Assembly: GCA_016210045.1 (NCBI GenBank)
Contig: JACQUX010000019.1
Span: 4,102 to 68,101, forward strand
DNA length: 64,000 bases
Direction: 5' to 3'
Source of the DNA: Deltaproteobacteria bacterium
GTDB lineage: Bacteria > UBA10199 > GCA-002796325 > JACPFF01
Part shown: positions 46,169 through 57,032 of the stretch, one piece after another
How positions within the stretch are numbered: the first letter of the stretch is position 1
How the letters are laid out: each line of letters begins with the position of its first letter
Position numbers and translations under genes: made by a program
Notes under the pieces: generated by a model
The model's database searches: none
Told to the model about the DNA's origin: nothing
The model's input: only the letters and a program-made list of their open reading frames with translations

Positions 46169-48373
46169 TTAGTTTGCGGTTCGGTCTTTGAGGAGCCAAC
46201 CCCGGCCCACGGCAAAGGTGGCGACCACTAAGGCGCCGAAACAGATATACGGGAAGAGGTCGCTTTCGGCAAGCCCCGGGAACCACTGGCTCAAGTCGAG
46301 GGCCTTCCCCCATTGCTCCTTCACCGACATCAAGGCCACGAGGATTCCGGCAATCGCGCCGCCGGCAATCAGACCCGACGACCAGAGCACGCCGGGCGAG
46401 CCTTCGGCCTCGGCATCGCTCTGTCCGCGACGCGTCACGCGCTCGACGAAGTAGCGAATCATGCCGCCGAAGAAAATCGGCGCCGATGACGAGAGCGGCA
46501 AATAGACGCCCACCGCAAACGGAAGCGACGCCACGCCACAGAGTTCCATTAGCACGGCGATAAAGACGCCAATCAGCACTAAGCCCCATGGGAGTTTTTG
46601 TGTCATCACGCCGTCGATGATCAAGGCCATCAACCGCGCCTTCGGGGCCTCGTACTTCGTGACTGTGGTCCCGTCGTCGCGCGCCTTCAGCGTGCCGTTG
46701 ATGCCCGGATCCACTAAATAGGCCAAGTGGCCCGTGTCGTCGGCCAGATATTTTCCCGCCGCGACTTCGCCCTGTGCCTCGGGGAGTTGCACAACATGAT
46801 ATTCTTTCTGATCGATTGCACGTTCCGGTCCACCCACATGCTCCTTCAGCGTCATCGCGCTGACATCGACCGTGAATTTGGGGAAATCGACTTTATGGTA
46901 GATCGTCGAGGCATTGTTCAACACCAACAACGTGTAGCCGATCACGAGCGCGGAGGTCACTGAACCCAAGATAATGCCGATCTGTTGCGCCATCGGCGTC
47001 GCGCCAACCAGGAATCCGGTCTTCAAGTCTTGTGACGTCGTTCCGCCATTCGAGGCCGCAATGCAGACGATCGCGGCGACGCTGAGCGCCGTGAGGCGAT
47101 AACCCGCGCCCATCCAACCGACAGCGACGAAGATCAAACACGTCAGGAGCAATGTGGCGACGGTCATCCCGGAGATCGGATTCGAAGACGATCCGATTTC
47201 GCCGGTGATCCGTGAAGAAACCGTGACGAAGAGAAAACCGAACAGCACGATCAGGATCGCGCCCAGTAAATTCATATGGAAGGTCGGCGCAAACCAGATG
47301 GCGAGGGTCAACAAGCCAACGCCGCCCAACACGATCCGCATCGGGATGTCGCGCTCGGTGCGCCGTCGCACGGCACCGGCGACGCTCACACCGGCCGCGC
47401 GCACATTGCGCAGCCCCGCGACCAACGACCGCGCAATCACGGGGAGGCTGCGGATCATGCTGATGATCCCGCCCGCCGCCACGGCACCGGCGCCGATATA
47501 CAATACGTAATTCCGCCAAATTTCGTACGGCTTCATTTCGGCGATCAATTTCGTCGCGGGAAAGAGTGGCGTCGATTGATAGCTGCCGAACAATGTGATG
47601 GCCGGAATGAGTACGAATGCGGACAACACGCCGCCGGCCACCATGATGCTCGCAATGCGCGGACCGATCACGTAACCAACCCCGAGCAGCTCCGGCGCGA
47701 CCTCGGTCGCAAAGACGGCATTCTTGTACCACGCCAGCGCGTATTCCGGGACATCCTTCCACAACTTCATACCGATATTGAGCAGCTTGTAGACGAAGCC
47801 GATACCAAATCCGATGAAGACCGTCCGCGCGCTGGTGCCCCCTTTTTCGCCGACGATCAAGACCTCCGCGCACGCCGTGCCTTCCGGATAGACGAGTTCT
47901 TTTTCGGCCCGGACAATCAACGCCCAACGGAGCGGGATCATCATTAAGATGCCGAGGATGCTCCCCAGCAGTGCGACAAGCATCACGCGGGCCAACTCCA
48001 TGTTGTAGCCGAGGATCATCAACGCCGGCATCGTGACGGCGACACCGAATGCAATCGACTCGCCGGCCGACCCAGTCGTTTGCACGACGTTATTTTCCAG
48101 AATCGTCGCGCGGCGGACGTTAAACGCTTTCGAGAAGAGACGGAAGATCGTGATCGACATCACCGCGATCGGGATGGACGCGCTGACGGTCATCCCCACT
48201 TTCAACGCCAAGTAGAGACTCGAGGCCCCGAAGACGATGCCCAATACGCAACCGACAATCAGCGGGAGCGTCGTGAGTTCGGGAATACGGAGGTGATCAG
48301 CGATAAACGGCTTATGTGCTGTTTCCGATTCGGTCTTTGCCACCTTCACAGCCAACCTCCGCGTCGACGACAT
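46169..48373 (-). CDS. OPT-family oligopeptide transporter
   Basis: 734 aa, about 16 TM helices, OPT-superfamily sequence features. Confidence 0.8.
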   Translation of the reverse strand: MSSTRRLAVKVAKTESETAHKPFIADHLRIPELTTLPLIVGCVLGIVFGASSLYLALKVGMTVSASIPIAVMSITIFRLFSKAFNVRRATILENNVVQTTGSAGESIAFGVAVTMPALMILGYNMELARVMLVALLGSILGILMMIPLRWALIVRAEKELVYPEGTACAEVLIVGEKGGTSARTVFIGFGIGFVYKLLNIGMKLWKDVPEYALAWYKNAVFATEVAPELLGVGYVIGPRIASIMVAGGVLSAFVLIPAITLFGSYQSTPLFPATKLIAEMKPYEIWRNYVLYIGAGAVAAGGIISMIRSLPVIARSLVAGLRNVRAAGVSVAGAVRRRTERDIPMRIVLGGVGLLTLAIWFAPTFHMNLLGAILIVLFGFLFVTVSSRITGEIGSSSNPISGMTVATLLLTCLIFVAVGWMGAGYRLTALSVAAIVCIAASNGGTTSQDLKTGFLVGATPMAQQIGIILGSVTSALVIGYTLLVLNNASTIYHKVDFPKFTVDVSAMTLKEHVGGPERAIDQKEYHVVQLPEAQGEVAAGKYLADDTGHLAYLVDPGINGTLKARDDGTTVTKYEAPKARLMALIIDGVMTQKLPWGLVLIGVFIAVLMELCGVASLPFAVGVYLPLSSSAPIFFGGMIRYFVERVTRRGQSDAEAEGSPGVLWSSGLIAGGAIAGILVALMSVKEQWGKALDLSQWFPGLAESDLFPYICFGALVVATFAVGRGWLLKDRTAN

Positions 48374-48427
48374 AGATCCTCCTCGGCGCCGTGTGTATAC
48401 TTACGGCGATCCGAACGACTCACTCCG

Positions 48428-49111
48428 TTATTCGGTGACGGTCGGCGTGTTCACGTAATACGTTCCCAGCAACGTGACCCCATTCGCCCCGGCCTTCATG
48501 CCTAAGATCACGCGCGCGGCACTGGCGACATCGTTGTTGGCGGCAAACGTCAAATCATAGGAACCGGCATTCGTGACTGCCCCGTCTTCGCCGACGGCGT
48601 TGAAACGCTCGATCACCACGGCGCCGGATTGCACGGCATAGGTCTGGCTCCCATCGCTATAGGCGACGGAGCAAACGCTGAAACTTTTTTCACCGGTCTG
48701 CTTGATCACGATGGTCAGTTGTTGCACTGCTTCGCCGACCACGAGTCCGGCGCTACTCGGCGCGATCGTGATCTCGTTAGTGAATTGGCCTAACGCCTTC
48801 ACCGCGACGGTGTTTGAGCCCTCGCTGCTATAGCCACTGTTTTCCGTGACTGAGGCGACTTCTGCGGCGGACACGGTGACGGCCGTTGCGGCGTCACAGG
48901 TCGTCGCATCGGTGCTGTAGTCCACGCTCCCGACAGTGGTCGGTTCGGCGGTCGGCGTTTCCTCTGCCGGCGCGGCTTCGGGCATCAGATTCAAAGAGCT
49001 GAGAATTTCCTGTTCCTGGGGATGATCGTTAAAGGCCTCACAGCCCGCGCCGAGCAAGCTCAGCGCACAAAGACACACGAGATAACTCGTGGGGAACCGA
49101 TTTGACCGCAT
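48428..49111 (-). CDS. Hypothetical lipoprotein
   Basis: Lipobox LSLLGAGC; Thr/Ala/Val-rich secreted domain. Confidence 0.5.
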   Translation of the reverse strand: MRSNRFPTSYLVCLCALSLLGAGCEAFNDHPQEQEILSSLNLMPEAAPAEETPTAEPTTVGSVDYSTDATTCDAATAVTVSAAEVASVTENSGYSSEGSNTVAVKALGQFTNEITIAPSSAGLVVGEAVQQLTIVIKQTGEKSFSVCSVAYSDGSQTYAVQSGAVVIERFNAVGEDGAVTNAGSYDLTFAANNDVASAARVILGMKAGANGVTLLGTYYVNTPTVTE

Positions 49112-49217
49112 AGGAAGCTCCTTTCTTTCTATCTGTTGTTCGGCCCCCCGCCGAAAAAGTTGCGTAAAAAAAACGAACCATTTTTTTGTCGTGCAATATC
49201 AATAGATTACAAAGGAG

Positions 49218-50078
49218 TCATTTTCGCGCACCATTCCGAGCGCGCGATCGCGTCGCGGCTTCATACAGCGGCATCACCTCCGGCAAATAAGCGCGTAATC
49301 GCTCTGCCCTCACGCCACTGCTGGGATGTGAAGCATATATGCTGTTTTGCGCTCCACGCCGACTTGCAGCCCGCTCCCAAAGAACAATTGCCGTCCGTGG
49401 GTCATACCCAGCCTTCGCCATATACGTCAAGCCGATTCGATCCGCTTCGAGTTCATTGCGTCGACTGTAACTCGGAATAAAGACATTCACGCCTTCGGAG
49501 AAGATCTGTTGAAACAGATTGCCGCCTTCAACCGATTGCGTTGCGATAATGGAACTCGCAACACTTCCGGCGAGCGCCATCGTCATATTGCGCGTGAGCG
49601 ATTCCGTGACATGGCGCGCCGTGGCGTGGGCGATTTCGTGCGCCAACACCGCAGCCAGTTCATCGTCGCTCCGTTGCTGGACCAGTCCGTGTTGTGCATC
49701 CCACAATCCGGTGTACACCATGATCTGACCGCCCGGCGCGCACCACGCATTCACGATCGGCAGCTGCGCCAAACGGACGACGTACGGAAAATTCGGCCGA
49801 TGCGACACGACCGCCAACCGCGCCACGATGCGCTTCAGCCGTTCATACATCGCGGCGTCGGCCTTTGTGTCGGTCGCCACCGCACGCGGACGCGCTGCGA
49901 GCAACGCCACGCGCTGTGCCTCCATGACTTGTTGACCGAATTTGATGTCGTCTTGAAGCGAAAACCAATTGTAACTCTTCTTGCCGCTGATCAAATCGAG
50001 GGCGCAGCTCCCACTGCTGAAACTCAGCAGCAGGAGCCAGCCGACCGCCATGCGGCGGATGCCGGTAGCAACGTTCAT
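49218..50078 (-). CDS. M48-family zinc metallopeptidase
   Basis: HEIAH (LAHEIAHATARH) motif and signal peptide. Confidence 0.8.
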   Translation of the reverse strand: MNVATGIRRMAVGWLLLLSFSSGSCALDLISGKKSYNWFSLQDDIKFGQQVMEAQRVALLAARPRAVATDTKADAAMYERLKRIVARLAVVSHRPNFPYVVRLAQLPIVNAWCAPGGQIMVYTGLWDAQHGLVQQRSDDELAAVLAHEIAHATARHVTESLTRNMTMALAGSVASSIIATQSVEGGNLFQQIFSEGVNVFIPSYSRRNELEADRIGLTYMAKAGYDPRTAIVLWERAASRRGAQNSIYASHPSSGVRAERLRAYLPEVMPLYEAATRSRARNGARK

Positions 50079-50650
50079 GAAGGCTCCAACACTAATCGTT
50101 CGATCTCCGCGACAATCTCCGGATCATCCCAACGAATGGCGCCGGTGATGCGCCGCACCACACGGCCGGAGCGATCGACCAGGAAACTCTCCGGGATCAC
50201 ATACGTGCCATACAGATCGGCGACGCGACCGTCGCTATCGAGGAGGATCGGAAACTGCATCGGCACCCGCTGCTGAAATTGCGCGATTGTACCCCACGGA
50301 TCTGGTTGATCGCCATCTTCGCTGATCGCGAGGATCTGGAAGTCACGGCCCGCGAAGTGCGCTGCCAAGCGGTTCAGCGAGGGGATCTCCATGAGACAGG
50401 GGCCGCAGGTCGTCGACCAGAAATTGATTAGCCGCACGTGTTTGGGGAAAAGATTCAACGAGACAAGCGTGCCCGCCGGCAAATCGACACGCGTGTCGGC
50501 AGCTACGGGGAGTGAAAATGCCGGAGCGATCGCCCCGAGGCCCAAGCCATCTGTGGGGGCCCGTTGACTGATGAAGGCCGCTATGCCAGCCGCAACCACG
50601 GCAATAAGCCAGACACGCCCTGTGAGATGGAAAAACGCGCGGCGAGCCAT
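50075..50650 (-). CDS. TlpA/ResA-like thiol:disulfide oxidoreductase
   Basis: Thioredoxin fold with WSTTCGPC active site; N-terminal anchor. Confidence 0.8.
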   Translation of the reverse strand: MARRAFFHLTGRVWLIAVVAAGIAAFISQRAPTDGLGLGAIAPAFSLPVAADTRVDLPAGTLVSLNLFPKHVRLINFWSTTCGPCLMEIPSLNRLAAHFAGRDFQILAISEDGDQPDPWGTIAQFQQRVPMQFPILLDSDGRVADLYGTYVIPESFLVDRSGRVVRRITGAIRWDDPEIVAEIERLVLEPS

Positions 50651-51190
50651 TTAGCCTTGGGCTTTAGCGGTCTTTGGCGCGCGCGCACTTGATGGCTTGG
50701 CCTGCTTCGAGGCCGCGCCTTCCGACTTGGCCGTGCGTTTCGCCGCAGGCGCACCGCCCGTTGCGGAACCACCACGTCGGGGACGCGCAGCCTTCCGCTT
50801 CGTGCCCTTCTCGGCCGCCACCTCGGCGGCGCCGTTCGCTGCAAGATATTCCAAAATCGCCATCGGGGCATTGTCGCCGTGCCGGAACCCGAGTTGCACG
50901 ATCCGGGTATAGCCACCGCTGCGCTCTTTGAAGCGTTCCGGCATGGTCGCAAACAGTTTTTTTAGCGCCCCTTGGTTTTGCACGAAGCGCGCGGCCTGTC
51001 GCCGTGCCGCCAACGAACCTCGCTTGGCCCAGGTGACCATCCGGTCCGCCAGCCGCCGTACTTCTTTGGCCTTCGGCAACGTCGTTTCAATGCGTTCGCG
51101 CATGATCAACGAGGTGACCATGTTCCGCAACAAGGCCAAGCGATGTGGCGTGGTCCGCCCAAGTTTCCGAAATGCGATCTGGTGCTGCAT
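50651..51190 (-). CDS. rplQ: 50S ribosomal protein L17 (with basic C-terminal extension)
   Basis: Canonical L17 N-terminal 120 aa. Confidence 0.9.
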   Translation of the reverse strand: MQHQIAFRKLGRTTPHRLALLRNMVTSLIMRERIETTLPKAKEVRRLADRMVTWAKRGSLAARRQAARFVQNQGALKKLFATMPERFKERSGGYTRIVQLGFRHGDNAPMAILEYLAANGAAEVAAEKGTKRKAARPRRGGSATGGAPAAKRTAKSEGAASKQAKPSSARAPKTAKAQG

Positions 51191-51220
51191 AGAATCCGCT
51201 CCTTAGTCACTACAAGCTTG

Positions 51221-52231
51221 TTACTCGACATCCTTCGGTTTGAATTGCTCCGCATGCTTCGGATCAAAGCCTTCGACGCGCATGCCGAGCGACAACCCCA
51301 TGTTCAGCATGATTTCTTTGATCTCGTTCAGCGACTTGCGACCGAAGTTTTTGGTCTTCAACATTTCTTGTTCGGTCATTTGGCACAATTCGCCGATATA
51401 TTTGATCCCGGCATTCGCGAGGCAGTTCGCAGAACGGACCGACAATTCCAACTCGTCGACGCGACGGAACAAATTTTCATTGAGGATCGGCTGTTCTTCC
51501 ACGCGCAGTTCTTCCGTCGGCTCCGGCACTTCGTCGAAATTGATGAACACTTGCAACTGTTCTTTCAAGATCTTCGCGGCATAGGCCATCGCGTCGTCGG
51601 GACGGACCGAGCCGTCGGTCCAGATCTCGAGATTGAGACAATCGTAGTCGGTGATTTGACCGACGCGCGCGTTCGTGACGGTGAAGTTCACGCGCCGGAT
51701 TGGGGAAAACACCGCGTCGATCGCCATCATGCCGACCGGGAACTCGTTCTCCTTGTGGCGTTCCGCCGAGACGTAACCCTTCCCCATCCGCACCAGCAGT
51801 TCCATGTTCAACTTGGCACCTTCGCCCAGCGTGGCCAACTTCAACGTCGGATTCATGACTTCGACTTGCGATGAGACTTCAATATCGCCGGCCGTCAGGA
51901 TTTTCGGCCCACTGGCCTTCACGGTCAACGTGGCTTCCTGCACCTCATGGATCTTGAAGCGCACTTGTTTCAGATTCAGGAGGATATCGCTGACGTCTTC
52001 TTCGACGCCGGTAATCGTCGAAAATTCGTGCAACACGCCGTCGATTTTCACGCCGACGATCCCACTCCCTTGCAATGAAGAGAGTAGAATGCGCCGCAAG
52101 CTGTTGCCCAACGTCATCCCGAAGCCACGTTCGAGCGGACGCACTTCAAATTTTCCGTAGGTCCCGCTGACCTCTTCACGCAACAACCCGCGGGGACGAA
52201 TCAGACTGCGCCAGTTCCGATAAAGATGCAT
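51221..52231 (-). CDS. rpoA: DNA-directed RNA polymerase subunit alpha
   Basis: N-terminal dimerisation domain and alpha-CTD; position after rpsD. Confidence 0.95.
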   Translation of the reverse strand: MHLYRNWRSLIRPRGLLREEVSGTYGKFEVRPLERGFGMTLGNSLRRILLSSLQGSGIVGVKIDGVLHEFSTITGVEEDVSDILLNLKQVRFKIHEVQEATLTVKASGPKILTAGDIEVSSQVEVMNPTLKLATLGEGAKLNMELLVRMGKGYVSAERHKENEFPVGMMAIDAVFSPIRRVNFTVTNARVGQITDYDCLNLEIWTDGSVRPDDAMAYAAKILKEQLQVFINFDEVPEPTEELRVEEQPILNENLFRRVDELELSVRSANCLANAGIKYIGELCQMTEQEMLKTKNFGRKSLNEIKEIMLNMGLSLGMRVEGFDPKHAEQFKPKDVE

Positions 52232-52262
52232 AGATCCTCCAGGAGGCACCGTGGCCCCAATG

Positions 52263-52892
52263 TTACTTCGAGTACAATTCGACGATCAGTTGCTCCCGCA
52301 CCGGCAACGTGATGTGTTCACGCTGCGGCAACGCAACGACCTTGGCACTGGCCGCATTTTTGTCCAGCTGGAGCCAATCGGGAACGCCACCGCGACGCTC
52401 CACGCCCTCTAAGGATTCCACGACGGTCGTCAATTTCCGACTCGGTTCGGCCACGGCGATCTCGTCGCCCTCGCGCAAGCTGTACGAGGGAATGGAGACC
52501 CGTTTGCCGTTCACGTTCACATGCCCATGACGTACCAACTGGCGAGCCGCGTTGCGCGAACGCGCCAGTCCGGCACGTTGCACGGCGTTATCGAGTCGCA
52601 GTTCCAACAGGCGCAGCAGGTTTTCGCCGGTGATGCCCTTCATCCGCTCCGCGCGTTCGAACGTGCCGCGAAATTGACGTTCCAAGATGCCATAGAGCCG
52701 CTTCACCTTCTGCTTCTCCCGCAACTGCACGGAATATTCCGTTGGCTTGGTCCGTTTTTCGCCGTGCTGCCCCGGCGGGGTGGCACGCCGTTCGAAGGCA
52801 CATTTATCGGTGAAACACCGATCGCCCTTTAAGAAGAGCTTCATTCCCTCTCGCCGGCATTGCCGACACACTGAATCCGTACACCGTGCCAT
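52263..52892 (-). CDS. rpsD: 30S ribosomal protein S4
   Basis: [26 protein letters not shown] zinc-ribbon N-terminus. The ORF-track extension upstream runs through the repeat element. Confidence 0.95.
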   Translation of the reverse strand: MARCTDSVCRQCRREGMKLFLKGDRCFTDKCAFERRATPPGQHGEKRTKPTEYSVQLREKQKVKRLYGILERQFRGTFERAERMKGITGENLLRLLELRLDNAVQRAGLARSRNAARQLVRHGHVNVNGKRVSIPSYSLREGDEIAVAEPSRKLTTVVESLEGVERRGGVPDWLQLDKNAASAKVVALPQREHITLPVREQLIVELYSK

Positions 52893-52910
52893 ACCACAAT
52901 CCCTTTCCTT

Positions 52911-53025
52911 GCTCTCCCTCTCCCTTTGGGGAGAGGGAAGTCCGCAACATGCGGACGGGGTGAGGGGGAGCGCATACCAAGACATTCCTCCCCCTCACCC
53001 AACCCTCTCCCCAAGGGGAGAGGGG
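52911..53025. repeat. Hairpin array element (CCCTCTCCC-TTT-GGGGAGAGGG; GGGGTGAGGGGGAG-loop-CTCCCCCTCACCC; CCCTCTCCCC-AA-GGGGAGAGGGG) in the rpsK-rpsD intergenic region
   Basis: Read directly; a second copy of the same motifs is at 54036-54090. Confidence 0.8.
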
Positions 53026-53034
53026 AACATAGAC

Positions 53035-53493
53035 TTACACCCTCCGTCGCTTAGGCGGCCGACACCCATTGTGGGGAATCGGAGTTTCATCTCGAATCGA
53101 CGTCGCTTTCAAACCCGTTTGCCCGATCGCCCGCATGGCGGATTCGCGGCCGGCACCCGGGCCCTTCACCAACACCGTGACTGTTTTCATCCCCATATCG
53201 CGAGCTCGCCGGCAGGCATCTTCCGACGCCACTTGCGCCGCGAACGGAGTCCCTTTACGCGATCCTTTAAAACCGCGCGCCCCGGCCGACGACCAGCACA
53301 GCACGTTCCCTTGCAGATCGGTGATCGTGATGTGGGTGTTATTAAACGTCGCCAGGATATGCACCACTCCGGTCGGCACATTCTTTTTGCTCTTTCGCTT
53401 CCCTTTGACCGGGGTCGCGGCGGCGGCGACTTCAGGCTTCGCCGCTTCCGCAGCGGTCGCTGGTGGCGTCTGTTTTTCTTGGTTCGTCGACAT
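53035..53493 (-). CDS. rpsK: 30S ribosomal protein S11 (with Ala/Pro/Lys-rich N-terminal extension)
   Basis: [17 protein letters not shown]...[15 protein letters not shown]. Confidence 0.95.
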   Translation of the reverse strand: MSTNQEKQTPPATAAEAAKPEVAAAATPVKGKRKSKKNVPTGVVHILATFNNTHITITDLQGNVLCWSSAGARGFKGSRKGTPFAAQVASEDACRRARDMGMKTVTVLVKGPGAGRESAMRAIGQTGLKATSIRDETPIPHNGCRPPKRRRV

Positions 53494-53508
53494 AATGCCA
53501 TCTCTCCT

Positions 53509-53892
53509 TTACTTCGCGGTTGGGGCTTTCTTTCTTCCGGCAATTGGGACTCGTTTGCGACCCTTCGCGGTGCGCGCGTTCGAATGCGTCCGGCCCTTCA
53601 GCGGCAAGCGTCGGATGTGTCGCGACCCACGGTGCGAACCGAGGTCCTTCAACATCTTGATGTTGGCACCAATCTGCCGCCGCAACTCTCCCTCGACGGG
53701 ATATTTGCCTTCGATGATTTCACGAATCCGTGCGAGTTGCGCCTCACTGAGCTCGCTGGATTTCGTCGCCGGATCAATGCCGGCCTCTTCGACGATCGAG
53801 GATGCTAACGTCGGGCCGATCCCATAGAGATAGCGGAGCGCAATATCCGTCCGCTTTTGTCCAGGAATGTCCACCCCTGCAATACGCACCAT
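53509..53892 (-). CDS. rpsM: 30S ribosomal protein S13
   Basis: MVRIAGVDIPGQKR... Confidence 0.95.
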   Translation of the reverse strand: MVRIAGVDIPGQKRTDIALRYLYGIGPTLASSIVEEAGIDPATKSSELSEAQLARIREIIEGKYPVEGELRRQIGANIKMLKDLGSHRGSRHIRRLPLKGRTHSNARTAKGRKRVPIAGRKKAPTAK

Positions 53893-53901
53893 AATGGGCT
53901 C

Positions 53902-54015
53902 CTATCCCTGCCGTTGCTTATGCTTCGGATTCGAGCAAATCACTCGCACCACCCGCTTGCGCCGCAGGACTTTGCATTTTTCACAAATTTTCTTCACCGA
54001 CGACCGAACCTTCAT
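53902..54015 (-). CDS. rpmJ: 50S ribosomal protein L36
   Basis: Below the ORF-track cut-off; translated by hand: [37 protein letters not shown]. Confidence 0.9.
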   Translation of the reverse strand: MKVRSSVKKICEKCKVLRRKRVVRVICSNPKHKQRQG

Positions 54016-54035
54016 AAAAGAACTCCTTCCTTATT

Positions 54036-54090
54036 CTCCCTCTCCCCTTTGGGGAGAGGGCAGCCTTCCGAGCGGGGTGAGGGGGAGCCC
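54036..54090. repeat. Second copy of the CCCTCTCCC/GGGGAGAGGG + GGGGTGAGGGGGAG hairpin element (infA-rpmJ intergenic)
   Basis: CTCCCTCTCCCCTTTGGGGAGAGGG ... GGGGTGAGGGGGAGCCCTCAC read directly. Confidence 0.75.
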
Positions 54091-54093
54091 TCA

Positions 54094-54312
54094 CTACTTC
54101 GCCCGATACGTGATCCGTCCGCGGGTCACATCGTAGGGCGATAGCTCCACGGTGACTTTGTCTCCCGGCAGGATCTTGATGTAATACATCCGCATCTTGC
54201 CCGAGATATGCGCCAATACCTTATGTCCATTCTCCAGCGCCACTCGAAACATTGCGTTCGGTAACGTTTCCAGTACGGTTCCTTCCACTGCGATCGTATC
54301 CTGTTTTGCCAT
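54094..54312 (-). CDS. infA: Translation initiation factor IF-1
   Basis: 72 aa, canonical IF-1. Confidence 0.95.
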   Translation of the reverse strand: MAKQDTIAVEGTVLETLPNAMFRVALENGHKVLAHISGKMRMYYIKILPGDKVTVELSPYDVTRGRITYRAK

Positions 54313-55079
54313 TACTGACTCAGTATCACCGGGCCCTGCTGCGTCAGGGCCACCGAATGTTCAAAATGCGCGGATCGCGATCGATCGAGTGTCACGACCG
54401 TCCACCCATCTTCGAGGACCTTGACCTCCGGTCCTCCCATATTCACCATCGGCTCCAGAGCCAGGACCAATCCCGGCGTCAACCGCATGCCTGTCCCCGC
54501 CTTCCCAAAATTCGGCACTTGCGGATCTTCGTGGAGCGCGCGCCCGATGCCGTGCCCGACAAAATCACGCACCACCGAGTAACCATGGGCCTCGACATGT
54601 TGCTGCACGGCGGCCGAGATATCGAATAACCGACTCCCGACGTGCATCGCAGCGATGCCGCGATATAACGACTCCTCGCTCACGCGCAGAAAATCTTGGA
54701 TCGCCTGCGGCGGTTCACCGTCGCCGATATAAAATGTCCAGGCATGATCGCCATGGAACCCTTCCAAACATACCCCGCAATCGATGGAGATGATGTCTCC
54801 CGCCGCCAGACTGCGCTGCGGGTTCGGGATGCCATGCACCACTTCTTCGTTGATCGAGGTGCAGAGGGCGTGTTGATAGCCCTGATACCCTACGAACGAC
54901 GGGACCGCGTGATGGGCCCGAATCCACTCCTCTGCCATCCGGTTCAGATCGTGCGTCGTGACCCCAGGCTTCAGATGTTCACGCAGCCGCTGCATGACCT
55001 CTACGACAATCGCGTTTGCGCGCCGTAACCGGTCGATCTCTTGTGCCGACTTGAGAAAGATCATGACACTTGCGACCAA
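54312..55079 (-). CDS. map: Methionine aminopeptidase type I
   Basis: Pita-bread fold metal ligands; 255 aa. Confidence 0.9.
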   Translation of the reverse strand: MVASVMIFLKSAQEIDRLRRANAIVVEVMQRLREHLKPGVTTHDLNRMAEEWIRAHHAVPSFVGYQGYQHALCTSINEEVVHGIPNPQRSLAAGDIISIDCGVCLEGFHGDHAWTFYIGDGEPPQAIQDFLRVSEESLYRGIAAMHVGSRLFDISAAVQQHVEAHGYSVVRDFVGHGIGRALHEDPQVPNFGKAGTGMRLTPGLVLALEPMVNMGGPEVKVLEDGWTVVTLDRSRSAHFEHSVALTQQGPVILSQ

Positions 55080-55702
55080 ATCGCCGCAAAAACTAAATCG
55101 GGTCCCCCAACGCCAGCGACTCGGCGCAGGATCCCTTGTCGTTCATAAAAATCAACTAACGGCGCCGTGGCCGCGGCATAGACCGCCAACCGCTTCCGGA
55201 TGGTGGCCTCGTTATCATCGCTCCGCTGGATCAGGGCGCCGCCGCACTGATCGCACTTGTCGACCACCTGAGGTGGGGAGAAGCGCAGATGATAACCGGC
55301 GTGACACGCCGCACATTCGCGACGCCCCGAAAGTCTTGCCACGATCTCCGGTTCCGGTACGTCCAACAAGACGGCGTGTTCCACGCGCCCGCCGTGCTGA
55401 CATAACATCGTGGCGAGCGCCTCCGCCTGCGCCGTCGTTCGAGGGAAGCCGTCCAACACAAATCCGCTGCCCACTGCGGCGCGATTCAACTGTTCCTGAA
55501 TCAGGCCGATCATCACCGCGTCGGGCACCAATTCTCCGCGGTTCATATAGCCTTCCGCCGACCGGCCGAGCTGCGTACCATCTCGCACCGCAGAACGCAA
55601 CAATTCCCCGGTGGTCAATCGCAGGGCTTTGGCCTGAGTCGCCAACCGAGCGGCCTGGGTCCCTTTGCCGCTCCCCGGCGGGCCTAAGAGGATGACCTGC
55701 AT
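55061..55702 (-). CDS. adk: Adenylate kinase (with Zn-binding lid CxxC...CxxC)
   Basis: MQVILLGPPGSGKGTQA P-loop; lid cysteines. Confidence 0.95.
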   Translation of the reverse strand: MQVILLGPPGSGKGTQAARLATQAKALRLTTGELLRSAVRDGTQLGRSAEGYMNRGELVPDAVMIGLIQEQLNRAAVGSGFVLDGFPRTTAQAEALATMLCQHGGRVEHAVLLDVPEPEIVARLSGRRECAACHAGYHLRFSPPQVVDKCDQCGGALIQRSDDNEATIRKRLAVYAAATAPLVDFYERQGILRRVAGVGGPDLVFAAIWSQVS

Positions 55703-55705
55703 GAC

Positions 55706-57013
55706 TTACCCTCTCCGCCCTCGGAAGCGCGTGGCGCCGCCCTTTTGGCCCAACACGCCTTCGTAATGATGCGACAAGAGATGGGCTTCCATCTGGGAGA
55801 CCGTGTCCATTGCGACACCGACCATGATCAACAACGATGTGCCACCGAAGGTAAAGGCGATGCCCGGTGGGACTTTCATCCAGGTAGTGAGGATTTGAGG
55901 CAACAAACACACTAGCGTAATGTAAAGCGCCCCGCCGACGGTGATCCGGCTCAAGATGCGATCGAGATAATCGGAAGTCGCCTTGCCGGGACGGATCCCC
56001 GGGATATAGCCGCCATGTTTTTGGATATTTTCCGCGACATCCACCGGATTGAAGGCCACGGCGGTGTAGAAAAAGGTGAAGAAGACGATCATGACGGCGT
56101 ATAGGCTGTGGTGAATCCAGCCGGCGTTTAGCTGTTGTGCCAACTCCTGCATCCAACCGCCGCCGGCGAACTGGGCAATCGTGGACGGAAATAAAATCAG
56201 CGACTGGGCGAAGATCGGCGGAATCACGCCGGCCATGTTGATCTTCAACGGCAAGTGCGACTCTTGCCCCCCGTACAACTTCCGCCCGACGACACGTTTG
56301 GCATATTGGACCGGAATGCGGCGAAAGCTCCGCTCGAAATAGACGATGGCACCGATGATCGCGAAGATCAGCCCGAGCAACAGAATAAAACCGAGCAGCT
56401 CGCCGTACTGACCACGCTCCGCCCACGCCGCGCGGAAACTGGCCGGAACCCGCGCGACAATTCCGGCAAAGATGATCATCGAGATGCCGTTCCCAATGCC
56501 ACGCTCCGTAATTTGTTCCCCGAGCCACATCAAGAATGCCGTGCCGGTGGCCAATGTCAGCATGCTGAGCAGATAGAATCCGAGACCGCCGACGCCGGGC
56601 AGCAACACGCCTTGTTGCGCGAGTCCATAACTGATGCCGAACCCTTGGACCATACTGAGTACGAGCGTCCCGTAGCGCGTGTATTGCGTAATCTTACGGT
56701 GACCCGCTTCTCCCTCTTTTTTCAGTTGCTCGATGGCCGGGACGGCGATCGTCAACAGTTGGAGGATGATCGACGCGCTGATGTAGGGCATGATCCCGAG
56801 CGCAAAGACGGAAAAGTTTTCGAGGGCGCCGCCGGAGAAGAGGTTAAAAATGTCAAAGACCGTGCCCTGCTTCAGGATGTTTTCCAACGCCTTGGTATCG
56901 ACGCCGGGCGCGGGGACATACACGCCGAGGCGGTAGATCCCCAGCATCAGGAGCGTAAAAACTACCCGATTGCGCAACTCGGGAATTTTCGCGATGTTCC
57001 CAACGACCGCCAC
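55706..57013 (-). CDS. secY: Preprotein translocase subunit SecY
   Basis: 435 aa, 10 TM, canonical. Confidence 0.95.
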   Translation of the reverse strand: MAVVGNIAKIPELRNRVVFTLLMLGIYRLGVYVPAPGVDTKALENILKQGTVFDIFNLFSGGALENFSVFALGIMPYISASIILQLLTIAVPAIEQLKKEGEAGHRKITQYTRYGTLVLSMVQGFGISYGLAQQGVLLPGVGGLGFYLLSMLTLATGTAFLMWLGEQITERGIGNGISMIIFAGIVARVPASFRAAWAERGQYGELLGFILLLGLIFAIIGAIVYFERSFRRIPVQYAKRVVGRKLYGGQESHLPLKINMAGVIPPIFAQSLILFPSTIAQFAGGGWMQELAQQLNAGWIHHSLYAVMIVFFTFFYTAVAFNPVDVAENIQKHGGYIPGIRPGKATSDYLDRILSRITVGGALYITLVCLLPQILTTWMKVPPGIAFTFGGTSLLIMVGVAMDTVSQMEAHLLSHHYEGVLGQKGGATRFRGRRG

Positions 57014-57032
57014 CCTGCCCCCTTGGCGGGTT

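Noticed and set aside
49130-49160. Rho-independent terminator TTCGGCCCCCCGCCGAA between the M48 gene and the lipoprotein gene
   Set aside because: The hairpin is present, but the flanking T-run is on the wrong side for the minus-strand transcripts and no plus-strand gene ends there.
52893-52985. N-terminal extension of rpsD ([24 protein letters not shown]...) and of rpsC, rplE, rplF, rpoA, rimP, the SRPBCC gene and glpX as listed in the ORF track
   Set aside because: Canonical starts are identifiable by alignment with conserved N-termini. The extensions read through intergenic repeats or upstream gene ends.
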